Part shown: positions 51,652-64,000 of the stretch, in pieces
How positions within the stretch are numbered: the stretch's first letter is position 1
How the letters are laid out: each line of letters begins with the position of its first letter
Origin: Antedon mediterranea
Taxonomy: Eukaryota > Animalia > Echinodermata
Direction: 5' to 3'
Length of the DNA: 64,000 nt
NCBI RefSeq assembly: GCF_964355755.1
Contig: NC_092673.1
Location: forward strand, 15,906,948-15,970,947
Notes under the pieces: model-generated
Told to the model about the DNA's origin: nothing
The model's input: only the letters and a program-made list of their open reading frames with translations
Databases searched by the model: none
Made by a program: the position numbers and the translations under genes

Positions 51652-54600
51652 TCACAAAGATTCAATTTTTTCAAATAGGTTTTTGTTCATGGACATATAG
51701 TTTAGTATGTAATCCCGTACAACTACATGGTAGTTCTGGACACCAAAGAGAATATAACTCAAAGCCCTAAAAAGACAGTTGCCGTCCCCTCTCATATTAA
51801 CAACTTTAGTAGGCCTGGCTGCCTTGTCCATTTCACATTTTAAGTGAGTTTTGTGAAAATTTTTGACATTGATACCAAATGGTGCTGCCTTTTCAAGCTG
51901 CCAATTGGCATCGACAGGAAAGAATAACTTTCTTGAAGTTTTCGTGTTGAGGTATACCACATCACTATCAGATACAGGCCTACTGTTGTCATGGTCATCA
52001 TCCGGTGCGACATTATCATTGTCTAATGTAGGTATGTTATCGTGATTATCCAGTGTGATATCATCGTTCTTGGATGTAGGTATGTTAATGTGATCATCCG
52101 GTGTGATATCATAATTCTTGGATGTAGGTCTGTTATCGTTATCATCAACATTCTTGGATGTAGGTATGTTAATAATGTGATCATCCGGTGTGATATCACC
52201 ATTCTTGGATGTAGGTATGTTATCATGGTGCGTTACTTCAGGTGGGATGTCTGGCGTTCGCTTTCGTTTCTTTGGAGGGAGATGCTTATCATTGGTATTA
52301 CATTTCTGTTTAGTGCTTGATGATGGACAGTTCAAAGAGGTTGTTTTATCGGACTTGTAATGTCTGATCTTGTTTCCGTTAACAATAGCCCTTCTTCCTT
52401 TTAGTCGATATGTATTGTGAGTGAGGACTTTTTCTATAATATATGGACCAGTCCATCGAGCATTAAGTTTGCCTCCCTTTCTTGACAAATTTCTGGAATT
52501 CTGCAAGAGCACTTGATCTCCTGCATAGTACGTGTTGCTTTTAACACCAGCATCATGATAATGTTTTTGCTTTTTCTGTGCTTTTTTGATATTTTCTGAT
52601 GCCTTTCTCCTTGAATCTTTGAGTTTCAAAAAAGCGTCCACTCTTATTTTTAAAGGAACAGTTCCGGATATGTCATCTTTATTAGACGAAACGATGGGAA
52701 TACGTAATTCTACAGGCAACACAGCCTTTCTACCGTAAACTAATGAGAATGGGTCACATTTCGTAGACTTGTGCTCGGATGTTCTGTAGGCAAACAACAC
52801 GTATGGGAGTTGTATATCCCAGTCATTTTGGTCTGCGTTGGTCAACGTCATAAGCATTGTGCAAAGTGTTCTGTTAAAGCGCTCCGTTTGCCCGCCTGTT
52901 TGAGGATGGTATGGTGAGGCAACTCTGTGGTCTACCCCAATCAGCTTACAGAAGCTGTCATTCAGCTCATTACAAAACTCTCTACCCTGGTCTGTAATCA
53001 ATATAGAAGGTGTTCCATGTCTGCAGACAAAATCAATAAAAGATCTCAGCACTGTTTTAGCAGATTTATCTGGAATTGCATCAGCTTCCACCCATTTGGT
53101 AAGGTACTCCGTAAATACAAGTAAGTACCGATTACCTGAAACACAGCAAATAATAATATAATAAGCCGTAATAATAGTAGTGTCAAAATGTCATGATGAG
53201 ATGTACAACACCCGAACTGTACGAATGAAATAACAATAATAATAACAATATTAATATCAATAAATATAATAAGAACAAGAACAATAATAATATCGTGGAT
53301 TTACATAGCGCCTAATGTTGTAAAACCTCTATGCGCTGAACAGTATTACCCCAGTCATGGTTTGGATCAAATTAAAACAGGCAGAAATAAAGATTATTAC
53401 AGTATAGCCATAATCGATGTAAATCCGGTGACAATAATAAGAGCATCTGATTCTTGGTAAATCTAGTTTTTGTTGACAGTGTAAAAAAGAGAACTGTCAT
53501 AATTTTAGTTTAGTTAACAATTTCAAGAAACCTCACAGAAATTGCGCTTGTGCCTTTACAATAATAAATTTAAGTTCAGCCCTATTACAATAAAGGCCGA
53601 ACAGAACTAATTATTAACTGTAATTTTAGGCCCTGAAGAATGAATTACAAAGTTTTCTGAACGTATTTCATTCATGTCTTCTTGCTTTTTACTTTTACGT
53701 TTTGATTTAGCTTTTTTATCCAGTCACAGCATTTTTGTTTTTCAGTAATTTGTCATGAGATACCTTACCATTTTCTGTCTTTACCAAAGGCCCAACAATA
53801 TCCATACCGATCTGTCTGAAAGCAGTATCTGTTACGGGTATAGGTTGAAGTGGCACTTTTGCTTTTTTTAAAACTTCTTTCCGTTGGCACTGATCACAGG
53901 CGGCTATAAAATTACGAACACCATCAAATGACCCCTTCCAATAATACCTTTCGCGTATCTTTTTCCAACTGTTAAAAAAAAAAAAAAATGTGTTTATTGT
54001 ATTGATGATATTCAATCTCTTTGTAGGTTTACTATTGACCTTAAAACTGTATTATGGATTCTTTAAATATTTTAATTTTATTTTGTTTTTTAATATTATT
54101 TATTATTTATTACCGCAGTTCACATCACCATTCTCATCAATGCATTATAATAACATTACAGTTTGGCGTTCCATATATTTTAACTTTTCGTTTAAGGCAA
54201 GCACTGGGCACAACTGATTAATTAACTTTTAATATTTATCTATGTTTCTAGTTTTTTTATTTGACAATGATAAATGAATATTGAAAAGAGAAAAGATACC
54301 TTCTATGAAAAATGTCCATCAGTCCGTGATGATTCCGTGTCACATTGTACCAGGGAGATTTACATCTCCCTGATTGTACCGTGTTTACATTCTAAATACC
54401 CCCATATAAACTTCAAATTGAGTGCAGCCTCCCATACAAAATAACTACGCCCTCAATCTGGTAATAATTCACTCAGGCAATAAAAAACTAACTTGAAAAG
54501 TATAAATAATTAATTGTCCTACTAGAATTATTGTGTACGCTTGGTGAATGTGCGACAGAGTAGATATAAAAATCGCCACTTTTTTTTTAAAATAAACAAG

Positions 54601-56862
54601 GGGAAATATATACGTTTTAACACTACATACTGGTTAAATTTATTTATTTTTAAAATGTAGAGGACACCCTATTAAGGAAACCGGGTACTTTTTAGTGAGC
54701 CACAATGGTAGATTGCGAGAGGTAGTGGTCCTTTAAAATAGGTGGTCACTTACGAAAGATGTGGTCGATAAGGGAGGTGGTCGCTTACGATATGTGATCG
54801 ATTATGAGAAGCGGTCTCCTAACAGAGAGGTCGTTTATTAGAAGTGGTCACTTAAGAGAGGTGATTTATACAAGAGTTGGTATATTATGAGAAGCGGTCC
54901 ATTTAGAGATATGGTGGTCTTCTAAAAGAGATCATCACTTACGAGAGGCGGTCGAAAATATAAAGCGGTCGCTTACGAGAGTTGTGGTTGTTAAGAGAGG
55001 TGGTCGCTTACTACGAGAGGTGGTCGATTATGAGAAGCGGTCCATAATGAGAGGATGTGATCACTTACAATAGTTGGTCGATTATGGGAAGCGATCCCTT
55101 AACAGAGACGATGGCCGTTTAATAGAGGTGGTCACCCAAAAAAGTTGTCGTTACGAGAGAGGAAGTCGATTATGAGAAACGGTCCCTTAAAAGAGTTGGT
55201 TGCTTACGATGTGTGGTCGTTTTAGAAAGTTGGTCGGTTACGAGACGTGGATAGATGGATAGCTAAGTAAACAGATGCATTTGCACATGATTTAGACATT
55301 TAGGTTTGTAAAATATATATTTTCTACATTAGCTGGCGATAGTCCTACATTAGCTGGGATGCAATTTTCGTTCCTACATTCGTTGTTGATCGTTCTACAT
55401 GGTGTTAATTTTTTTCATTACATAAGCTGCAGGTGGTTTTACTCCATTACCGGGGGATTGGAAACTAGTTTTGTTATTGAAAATGCGTTTTTTTTAAAGA
55501 AGTATTCCCTAAAAAAAAATGTAATAATCCACTTTAAAGTTACATAATAAAAGTCTTCTTCCTTACATTTTTTTTGTCAAATTGTGTTTTCTTTCATAAG
55601 TATACATTTTAAACGAACGAAAGTTAATACTGATATGGCTTTTTGCATTATGAATGAGCAACTAATATTGAACATATTTATTATACCAAGACCTGAATAA
55701 GTTTTCATTCGGGAAGTATTTGTATCACTATTTAAAACTAAGATATCTCTCATGAGGGATATCTCTATATTACTTACTTACCAAGATATTTAGAATGGAA
55801 GATTCTTGTCCCATTCGGAATATCACAAGTGGATTTTTTTCTGTGTTAGTTATGCAGTGGGCACGTGTAGAGTACCGTATATGAACTGTTATAAAACTAA
55901 AACATTACTATTATAGATAGAGCTAGTTGTACTGTATTCTTCTTGGTTTTTCGAGGTGTAATAAGCCTACAAAAAAATATCTATTAACATAGATATTTCT
56001 TTTAAAAAGTAAGACATCTTAGTTTTCAATTGAAATAATCTATCTTTATTAAAAGAGATATCTTAATTTTGAACTAAAGATATATGCGTTGTGTAGCACT
56101 GTGTAAATTATATAATAATAATCTGTCAAATTATTGAAACAGTGCTCATATTCGGAACATTTTTGATTAATTATTGAATGCCAATATATGTTTTGTATTT
56201 TTTACATGTGATATTTTATGTTCAACTTCAATATATTTATACAATTAATTGCGATAATATATTGAGTAGAAATTATTATCGACTTAACATATTTTTCATT
56301 CATGGAGGTATAAAAATATGTTTGAATCTATATATAAAATACTAACTTCATAATGTACACGGTCATTATACATTTTTCAATTGATAAGTATTAGTTATTA
56401 TTCATTTAATTCATTCATTTAATCATTTGTTTCGAATTCTGTGGTCCACAGAAAGTAAAATTACGTATAAAATCATTTAAAAACAATGCTGTACTAATTA
56501 CTAATACTCATCTCAGGATGGCATTCCACCTGGCCAAACATATAAACAGTTTTAAAGTCACCCAGAAACTTATCGAAGCTTAAATATTATTTAATTGACA
56601 AACTTTAAACTTACGTTTTGTTGACACCCAAGTGACCACCATGTGCCTGCTTATGGATACTGTTTAACACTTCGTTTTTTTCTTTCGGTAACAATACACG
56701 CAACAATCTACCAGAATGTTGTTTGTAATACAAGATATCACGAAGAATTGTAAAGTTCTTGGCTTTCCGTCGCAAACTTCGTTTTAATATTTCAGAATAA
56801 TTTACAGGATAAACGTTGTTTTGTAGATAGTTTCTCAAGGCATCAAACTCATGATCGGCCAT
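51652..56862 (-). CDS. Ginger/GIN-like integrase-transposase with partial C-terminal OTU domain, about 643 aa (exons 56862-56615, 53968-53769, 53135-51652)
   Basis: In-phase splicing gives YLQNNVYP...LRRKAKNF; HHCC (IHKQAHGGHLG...CDQC); D (GMDIVGP), D (ITDQGREF), E (GQTERFN); GPY motif; a DITPDDHINIPTSKN repeat; then GDGNCLFRALS. Confidence 0.9.
53270..53372 (-). mobile_element. 3' fragment of the same SINE as 33838-34126, in integrase intron 2
   Basis: ggattta(c/t)atagcgcctaatgttgt...gcgctgaaca(g/t)tattaccccagtcat. Confidence 0.75.
54700..55470 (+). repeat. Degenerate (gagaggtggtcgcttac)n array plus attached arm, MITE-like, in integrase intron 1
   Basis: About 17-bp degenerate motif; the arm at 55240-55460 matches 59170-59390 and is inverted at 58380-58650. 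Confidence 0.65.
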
Positions 56863-58379
56863 AATGATAATAAGTAAAAATAGAAAGAAGGCAGATTGTA
56901 ACGAACAACACCGTGATTGGAACTTTGCAAGCAAAGTGAATGATTTTTTAAATGTAGGAGGTTTTGAACAAACATTGAGCCAATCAGCTTCTTGCTACAT
57001 TTGTTTTAACCAATTGCCGATTAGAAGAAAGAGCAAACAGTTTTGTCAGGTGTAGGCCTATAATTTAAACTTTGTGCCTTAAGTGGATGTCACGAACTCC
57101 TTTTACGTATGTTTCCGAGCGGTTGAAAATACTTTAGAAACTCCCTTGTGACATAAAAGTATACACACCAAATTCACAAAGTTGTAAAATAACTCAAAAA
57201 CAAATCTTTAATTTCAATCAACTTCAACTTTCAACAACCCAGTAAGCATTTTAAACAACAGCTTCACAATAACTTTTACAATCTAATATCCAACCTCTAA
57301 TATCCAACAACATGACAATAGTTTTACATCCCTTTATATACAAGATGTTCCTATCCTTCTATATCATTCTTTATACTTCTTATTCTATTTGATTACAGTT
57401 TCTATTAATAGCATACTGGAATGTTCCTGATTGTTATTATATTAATTATACATGATGTCTTAAATGTAAACATCTTATTCTAGAATGTTCATGGTTAGGG
57501 AATGGTAATTTATTACAGTGGCAAGTACACAAAAAAATGAGAGAAAAAAACTATTGGAGGGAAATGCCATTTATTAAATTAAATTTCGAAGATACTCTTA
57601 TTGGTAAACGCTTCAGTCGTTCTATTACACAATAAATAGCACATTCAGATAGGAGTATAAAATATAATCATATAGTTATTCTTTATTACATATTATACGT
57701 TCATCTCAAATTATATTATAATATTAATTGAAATTGTATTTAAATTTGTATCCGTTTTTGTCGACAGGACCACAATGCAAAACAAGTATATTTCTACTTG
57801 ATTGTGTATAATCCTGTATAAATATGTTGTTAAATAAATAAAATAATATTAAATAGTAATCTACGTAAAATAATATTATAGTACATAAGTTCGTATTAAA
57901 ACCGTTCAGGCTATGAGGCAACCCCCGCTCCCTGTATATTAAATAGAAACATTTTTTATAATACTTATACTAGAATCATATACTAATTTATTTAGTTATT
58001 TTTTAAAATAAGAGAATTAAATTACGTAACATACTGTGGTATATAATTCTTGTAATGAAATCATATTCATGGTAAGCGTAATCTTAATTTGAGATATGGC
58101 AAGTTCGCACCCCTTCTCCTGACAAATAACAGATGACAGTTAACACGACTACCGGTAATTAATATCTCCCGAGAGCCGCTGTTTTGAGGTTGACCTGACA
58201 ATTGTGGCCTGAGTTATGGGACATTACCCTTGCTGGACATCTGGTAAAAATAAATACTGATTATGCTGCCACTTTAGTACACAAAACAATAAATAAAAAA
58301 AAATAAAAAAACACAACTTGTGGCATTTCCTTTACACTAGTCCCTGTTCAAAACCGCTAGTGTAGAAAACGGCAGCAAA

Positions 58380-59390
58380 TGTCGTCGAAACTGTCAAATC
58401 CACCCATGTAGTAAAACCTAGAACTAGCTAATGTAGAAACACCAACAGTTATTTATTAAATAAAAATCAACATTAGCTAATATACAACTTAACAGGTAAT
58501 GAAGTAACGAAAATTGCCTCACAGCTGATGTAGTTAATATCGCCAGCTAATAAAATAATAATTATATATTTTACAAACCTAAATGTCTAAATCATGTGCA
58601 AATGTATTTCTCTACTTAGTTTAGCTGTCAGTCTATCCACCTCTCGTAAGTGATCGGCTTTCAAAACGTAACACTCTGATCGTAAGCAACTACCCTTGTT
58701 AGCGACCACCTTTAATATTTAAAAGGAACTACCTCTGTTAAAGGACCGCTTCTCACAATGGACAACTTCCTGAAGGGGTAACCTCCTCTCATAAGGGACT
58801 GCTTTTCATAAACTACCACCGCTCGTAGACGACCACTTCTTTTACCGACTACACCTCCCGTAAGTGACCACCTCAATAGAGGTGGTAATTTGCGAAAGGT
58901 GGTCGTTACGGATGGTAGTCGATTATGAGAAGTGGTCCCAGTGGAGAGGTGGACGTTTTTTTTTTATAGAGAGGTCGACACTTTAGGCGTGGTCGTTAAG
59001 AGAGGTAGTCCGTCATGAGGTTGATTATGAGAAGCCGAGGTGGTGGTCCTTTAAAATAGCTCGTCCTTGACGAGTGGTGTGGTCGTTAAGAGATGGTGGG
59101 CGATTATCAGAGACGGTGGTCGTTCAATAGAGGTGGTTACTTACTAGAAGTGGTTGTTGGTTGGTCACTTACGAGACGTGGATAGATGGATAGCTACCGG
59201 TAAGTAAAGAAATGCATTTTCACATGATGTAGACAGGTTTTTAAATTATACAATATTTTCAACATTAGCTGTGAGGCAATTTTCGTTACTACATTATCTG
59301 CTGACCGTTCTAAATTAGCTGGTGTTGATTTTAAAAATTGATACATAAGCTGTTGGTATTTCTGGTATTAGCTGGTGGTTTCTATGTTTA
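58380..59390. repeat. About 1-kb imperfect palindrome formed by two opposed copies of the 54700 repeat
   Basis: gaccacc motifs switch to ggtggtc at about 58875; the outer arms are reverse complements. Confidence 0.65.
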
Positions 59391-60659
59391 TATGTCCATA
59401 TAAAACAAAAATACAACCGCGATTTTTTAAACTCAGCTGCATGTACAGACATTGTGGCAAAGACGTTTTAAACGCTTCATTTCAATATAAGCCATTATTC
59501 TATGAATTTGATGTATAACGGTATTGGACTGTTTGTATTGGGAACGAAATACCCTAATATTCGAAAAAAACAAAAAACCGAAATACCCTTGAGTGAACGA
59601 ATAATTATGATGCGCAATTAAGGTGTTTATTTTGCCATATAAAATATAAAAAACAAATATTTTTTGGTAATATGCATCAACAATATTTTTCAAATGTATT
59701 TTAGATAAATAAATAAATAATGTAAAGTCTATAGAAACAAAGCAAATATTGTGACTAACCAATTCAATGTTTTATTAAATAAAAACAAAAATCAGGCATC
59801 TGTGAAAAAAATATAATGAAAAAGAACTGACTTTAACAATGACGAACTTACTTGTTTAAAGAACTTTTGTTATCAGTTGATATTATTAAATTAGTAGCAG
59901 TATTATGAATATTACAAAATAATATTTTGAGAACTGAAAAATATTTTGAGGGAACGAATATATTTAGGGAGAACAAAATAAGATTTCAAGAACTGAATAA
60001 TATAAAAAACGAATTACTACTTCGAGACAAGGAATGATGATGATGATGATGATGATGATCGAGAGAACGAAATAATTTCGAGGGAAATTATTTCGTTCTC
60101 TCGCGAAGTAGTAATTCGAATTTCGAATGAAATAATATTTCGAGATAACGAAATAGGTAGGCCCTATGCCTATATGATTTAGTGATATTCATTCCCTCGA
60201 AATAATAATACAGTAGGCTATATATTTTTCAAGTTGTCGATTTACTTCAAATTGACAACAGGTTGTATATACTCAATCAAAAACAAACAATTTAATTTGA
60301 TTAGACTATATGTCTCCAGATATAATAATAGTAATATTTATTTCAATCCACTTGATATTTTGCGATTCAAGTTGGTATTCTAAGGAATTATAATTACCCT
60401 AACGGGAGTTGGTGAACGTCCAGTGCCCTAGTTTTTACGGGGTTAATATGATGTCGATGTCTCGATGGTCCTACTTTTTTATCGATGAAAGCTGCCCGGG
60501 TGGTTGCGGCCATTTTCAACAGCTAGTATTACAATATTCAATGCTGAAAATTGTCCAGTGGACACTTTCAAACACCGGACAGATTTAAATCTTACAGGCA
60601 GCAGTGCGATTTTGATCAAGTGTTTCCCCTGAGCAAATCCAGGGGCAAAGGTTAAAATC

Positions 60660-60700
60660 AATCGGAAGTCGGTTGGCTGCCAGCCAACCGACTTCCGGTT
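60660..60700. other. 41-bp subterminal hairpin of the Kolobok element (homolog at 7072-7112)
   Basis: cggaagtcggttggctg-c-cagccaaccgacttccg, a perfect 17-bp stem. Confidence 0.85.
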
Positions 60701-60988
60701 GACTATTTTTCATAGATCATGGAACATGGTATTTGATGTATAACGTTTTTTGGCTGATTTGGGTCTGAATATGTTGATTTTATTAGTACGTTTTGATAAA
60801 ATAAATTCTATAAGCGTAAATTATGATTTTTTTATGATTTACATACATCGGAGTTTATATCTCCGAAGTCGAATTTGGAAGCAGGAAATCCAAGGCGATA
60901 AATCGTGACGTCATAAGATGAACACACTGCACTGCCCTGGTCGCGACGCATCTCTCTTTTTGTATACAAACTGTACTGTATCGGCAAG

Positions 60989-61242
60989 ATGTCAACACGT
61001 ATTGTGTACGATCTCGACAGTTCGGAGTCTGATTTTGAAGAGGAAACTATCCATTATGAATTCGAAATTGATGAAGATGAAGGAGACGACGTTATGGATA
61101 CGCAAGAAAGTGTTATTGAATGCAATTAATTCAACCGTAGGCCTATATGAGAGCCCGATCTCACCGATTCTGAAGGCGAGGCGGACCAACGCGAAGGCGG
61201 CGAAGAACGTCGTGGGGAAATTGACCAGACCAACAATACATG
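60989..61242 (+). pseudogene. Acidic first exon paralogous to the 63463 gene, disrupted
   Basis: MSTRIVYDLDSSESDFEEET...*...EPDLTDSEGE...TNNTW; upstream gtgacgtcataagatgaa. Confidence 0.6.
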
Positions 61243-61753
61243 GTCCTAGGCCTAGGTTTACATTTTCAATTACGGACCCAAACTTTGGAATGGTTAGTTA
61301 CAGTCAGTTATACGAATGCATTATTATCATGTTTTTAAACGCAATAAAAAAATTAGTAAAACTGAAGTTGTTGTGTTGTCGATTAACTAAATAAAAGGTA
61401 GGCCTAGCCTAGGTAGTACTTCTTTCTAGTATAGTAGAGTAGTAGGCCTAGGTGATTAATTCGGTTTTAAAATCAGCAACACAAAGGGCCTAGGCTAGTA
61501 GTACTGTGTTGAAAGCCCCAGCATAATAGTTCAGGTGGGAAGTTGTTCTGCCCTCATAAAAATAAAGCTTGTGCACAAGCTGACTGCAATAATTTGTAAG
61601 TTGCATGACAGATTGCACTATATTCTCTATTGATTTGAACAAAAATTGAACCATTTGAAATTTGCTTTAGAAAAGTCAAATTATAAATTATATAATCTTA
61701 TTGCACTTTTACAAATGATTTTGTTCTTACAGTACCGTATTATTATTTCGCAG

Positions 61754-61919
61754 CGTATGTGGATGACTTCATCTTGGAGGTAATGAGCATTGTTGAAGGG
61801 ACAGCAGAAGATGTTGATGTTGTTGATGCGCCACCCAACTCTGTTCAGGATTTGAACGCCCCGACAAAGAGACCGCTATTGCCAACCACTTCACAAGATT
61901 TCCAAATGTGAACAACTAA
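61754..61919 (+). pseudogene. Terminal exon of a Kolobok-type transposase (frameshifted)
   Basis: YVDDFILEV...APP / CSGFERPDKETAIANHFTRF, comparable to the YGYIQTLFEMV...SRF end at 41564-41770. Confidence 0.6.
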
Positions 61920-62289
61920 GGCAAAAATTATGCAGTAAATAAATCAGCAGCCAAAAGGTCCACTGATCAACTTCAAATAAGAAGTATAATACATACTCCA
62001 AGAAATGAGATACATTCCATCATGCTTTTTATTATAAATCATTATTTCGTTTTTTTTAGTGAAAGATTAAAAGCCATTTGTTTATGTGGATACAGCGCCA
62101 CAATCCAGAGCCAACAGTTTTATAAACAAAATAATCACTTGTGTGCAAAATTTTTTAATAAATTGTGTCAGAGAAATGTATATTTTATTTCTATTTGATC
62201 ATTTTATTTCTATCAGATACAGTGTACAATACTTTCCTTTATGAAGTACAGTAAATAATTGTATGTGGTTAATTGTAATCTCAATACAA

Positions 62290-63463
62290 GTTGGTGCTAA
62301 ATGCGAGTTGCCGGTACGCAATATGTCTCAGACGTTTATGTTTTGAGGCTTCAACAGGTGTGTCGTACTGTTGGTGGTAATGCAGCCATGCAATTTCCAA
62401 CACATGCAAATTCAAACAGGCAGCAGTGAATCCAGGATGTTCAGTGATGCATATGTAGGCTTCTCCGTATTGTAAATTGTCTGACCTTCCTCCAGCCTAT
62501 GATTAATAAATAATAGGGCCTACTTCCTGGCAACATCGACATTCGCGATACGTGGGTAGCATCTGGCAATGGCCACAATCACACCTGTTTTATAAAAACA
62601 AAAATATTTTGTAATAATAAATAATATTGTAGCGCTCTAGAGCGCTACAATATTCTGAGATGTCACAATTTATAGGGCGCTATATTAAATATTTTTAAAG
62701 TTTTAGTGATTATTAATGATTAATTTAATGTATTGTGTGTGAAATAGGAAAATAAATCTGCATCTTGGCTAGCCTTAGGGGTGGGCCTATCTATCTAGGC
62801 CTACCCTAGGCCTATTTCAAACAACAAAGTGCAAATTTGTTAAATAAAATGGTCAGTCTAATTTAATACCGTAATGTACATTTTTGCTTTCTACGATTCA
62901 ATTTAGCCTAATCTTTATTTCGTTAAAAAAATTCAATCTAGGCCGTAGGCTTATAGACGATAGCCGACCGTCGCCGGTGAGAGGGCTAGCCGCATGAATT
63001 GGAGTAAAGTACAGTAGTAGGGCCTAGCCTCTATCTAGGCCTAACTAAGCCACAATACACACACTGGCATGACGGAAGAATATCGTAGTTATCTACTAGG
63101 GAATTGTTAATTATACAATAAAGTTATACATTAATTTTTAATAAAAGAGATAGTACTACTAACCAATTTAATAACTGGGTTTGAAGTTGAATATTCTCTG
63201 CTTGAATTGTAGGTAGGCCTCCTAGGCCTACTAGGTGACGGTCACCGTCGCCATCTTCTGATGATGAAGAATCGTCAGAACTACAACCGGGCTCGTACAT
63301 GTACGGCCGAATTAATTTCATCGACATTCCATTCAATATTTCGATTGTTAAACAAAATAGTTTCTCCTTCATTCTCCTCAGTTTCGCATTCCACTATCAA
63401 TGTTTCCTCTTCTAATTCCTCTGACGAAGAACTGTCAAAATCATACGCAATACGTGTTGACAT
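62290..63463 (-). pseudogene. Second P2X7-ballast-like accessory gene, frameshifted and truncated
   Basis: Exon 1 MSTRIAYDFDSSSSEE.../IRPYMYEP. Exon 2 from 62584 reads CDCGHCQMLPTYRECRCCQE...CITEHPGF...CLNLHVLEIAW...RLRHIAYRQL. Confidence 0.8.
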
Positions 63464-64000
63464 CCTAGTTTGTACAGTACAGCTCAGGCGGGCGAAAAAG
63501 TTTCTTCATCTTATGACGTCACTATCAGAGGTTACCGGAAAATGCCGAAAAAACCCGAATAGTCGTGAACTGAGAGCAGTTGCGCGAAATAGCAGAAAAC
63601 ACTTTAATTATGTCCTGAAAACTTTTAATTTATTGTCTGTTTAATATCCATCAAGGAGAACAACTATAATACTACTATTTTACATAAACATCAAATACCA
63701 TGTTCCATGATCTTATTACGATTTTCTGAGGTAAATAATTTTTTTTTTGATCCAATTTTTTTTCAAAGTGAATAACTTTTATGTATCATTAAAATGGCCT
63801 TTAAAAAAAAAAAATTTTTGTTCAGGGGGACAATACATCTTTAAGAACAGTTCCGTCTCTTATCTTATGACTTTTCGGGGAAAAATGACATTATTAAAGT
63901 TGTTATATAAAATTTGATACTAGTAAGTGTCAATAGATGGTTCTTAAATACATGACCTTTGGTAAATATCTGAAAATTGCACTGTACACAAGGCAAATAA

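Larger units (their letters stand above)
46240..60596 (-). mobile_element. Ginger1-type (Gypsy-integrase-related) DNA transposon, about 14.4 kb
   Basis: Imperfect ~70-bp TIRs TGTAAGATT(G/T)AAAT(G/C)TGTCC...tggaca(c/a)ttttcagcattg. Left flank is CCGG; right flank is GGCA, so the TSD is incomplete. Encloses a spliced integrase gene with no gag, RT or LTR. Confidence 0.75.
60714..63713. mobile_element. Second Kolobok-like non-autonomous element (3.0 kb) nested in the subterminal region of the first
   Basis: Perfect 26-bp TIR AGATCATGGAACATGGTATTTGATGT. Removing it restores colinearity with 7040-7140. No clear TSD. Confidence 0.8.
39006..63840 (-). mobile_element. Kolobok DNA transposon: about 7.5-kb core (39006-46239, 60597-60713, 63714-63840) expanded to 24.8 kb by nested insertions
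   Basis: TTAA|AG(T/A)TGTATTGTCCCCC...GGGGGACAATACATCT|TTAA. Both ends match those of 6916-9365 over more than 120 bp. Flanks rejoin colinearly with the paralogous segment at 34440-34650. Convergent transposase and accessory gene inside. Confidence 0.9.

Noticed and set aside
51652-56862. Gypsy LTR retrotransposon or Polinton
   Set aside because: No gag, protease, RT, RNase H, LTRs, polB or capsid genes seen; the gene has spliceosomal introns and lies between TIRs.
60918-61394. 158-aa ORF (and the 127-aa ORF at 63261-63644) as real genes
   Set aside because: Alternative-frame or antisense shadows of the MSTRI exons; no recognisable motifs.
39006-63840. A single giant transposon with captured cargo genes
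   Set aside because: Internal TIR pairs (46240/60596 and 60714/63713) and colinearity with the 2.45-kb relative explain the size as nested insertions.

Overview
AT-rich, intron-containing eukaryotic DNA, probably from a marine invertebrate. The only host gene I can support is the 5' part of an ankyrin-repeat gene on the + strand (ATG 28307; exons 28229-28314, 28709-28802, 38250-38354), which continues past the window end. Most of the rest is layered mobile DNA. (1) An L2-type LINE (about 5400-11130) is split by a Deu-domain SINE and by a Helentron-like non-autonomous element. That element carries four tRNA-Val-derived units and a 2.45-kb Kolobok insertion. (2) There are hAT-like, Harbinger-like and foldback MITEs, nested Helitrons, and four large tandem arrays (89, 31, 71 and 132 bp units). 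(3) A TTAA-flanked Kolobok transposon (39006-63840) sits in the ankyrin gene's intron. It encodes an apparently intact spliced protein with an RG-rich N-terminus and a P2X7 cytoplasmic-ballast-like Cys/His domain, convergent with an inactivated transposase. It is swollen to 24.8 kb by a 14.4-kb Ginger1-type element (spliced integrase plus partial OTU domain) and by a second 3.0-kb Kolobok-like element. Finer-scale signals include a 41-bp subterminal hairpin with compensatory changes shared by two Kolobok copies, recurrent TA-to-TACTGTA/TAGGCCTA footprint-like insertions, and 22-23 bp hairpins with 7-bp TSDs. All calls are from reading and aligning by eye; no database searches were run.
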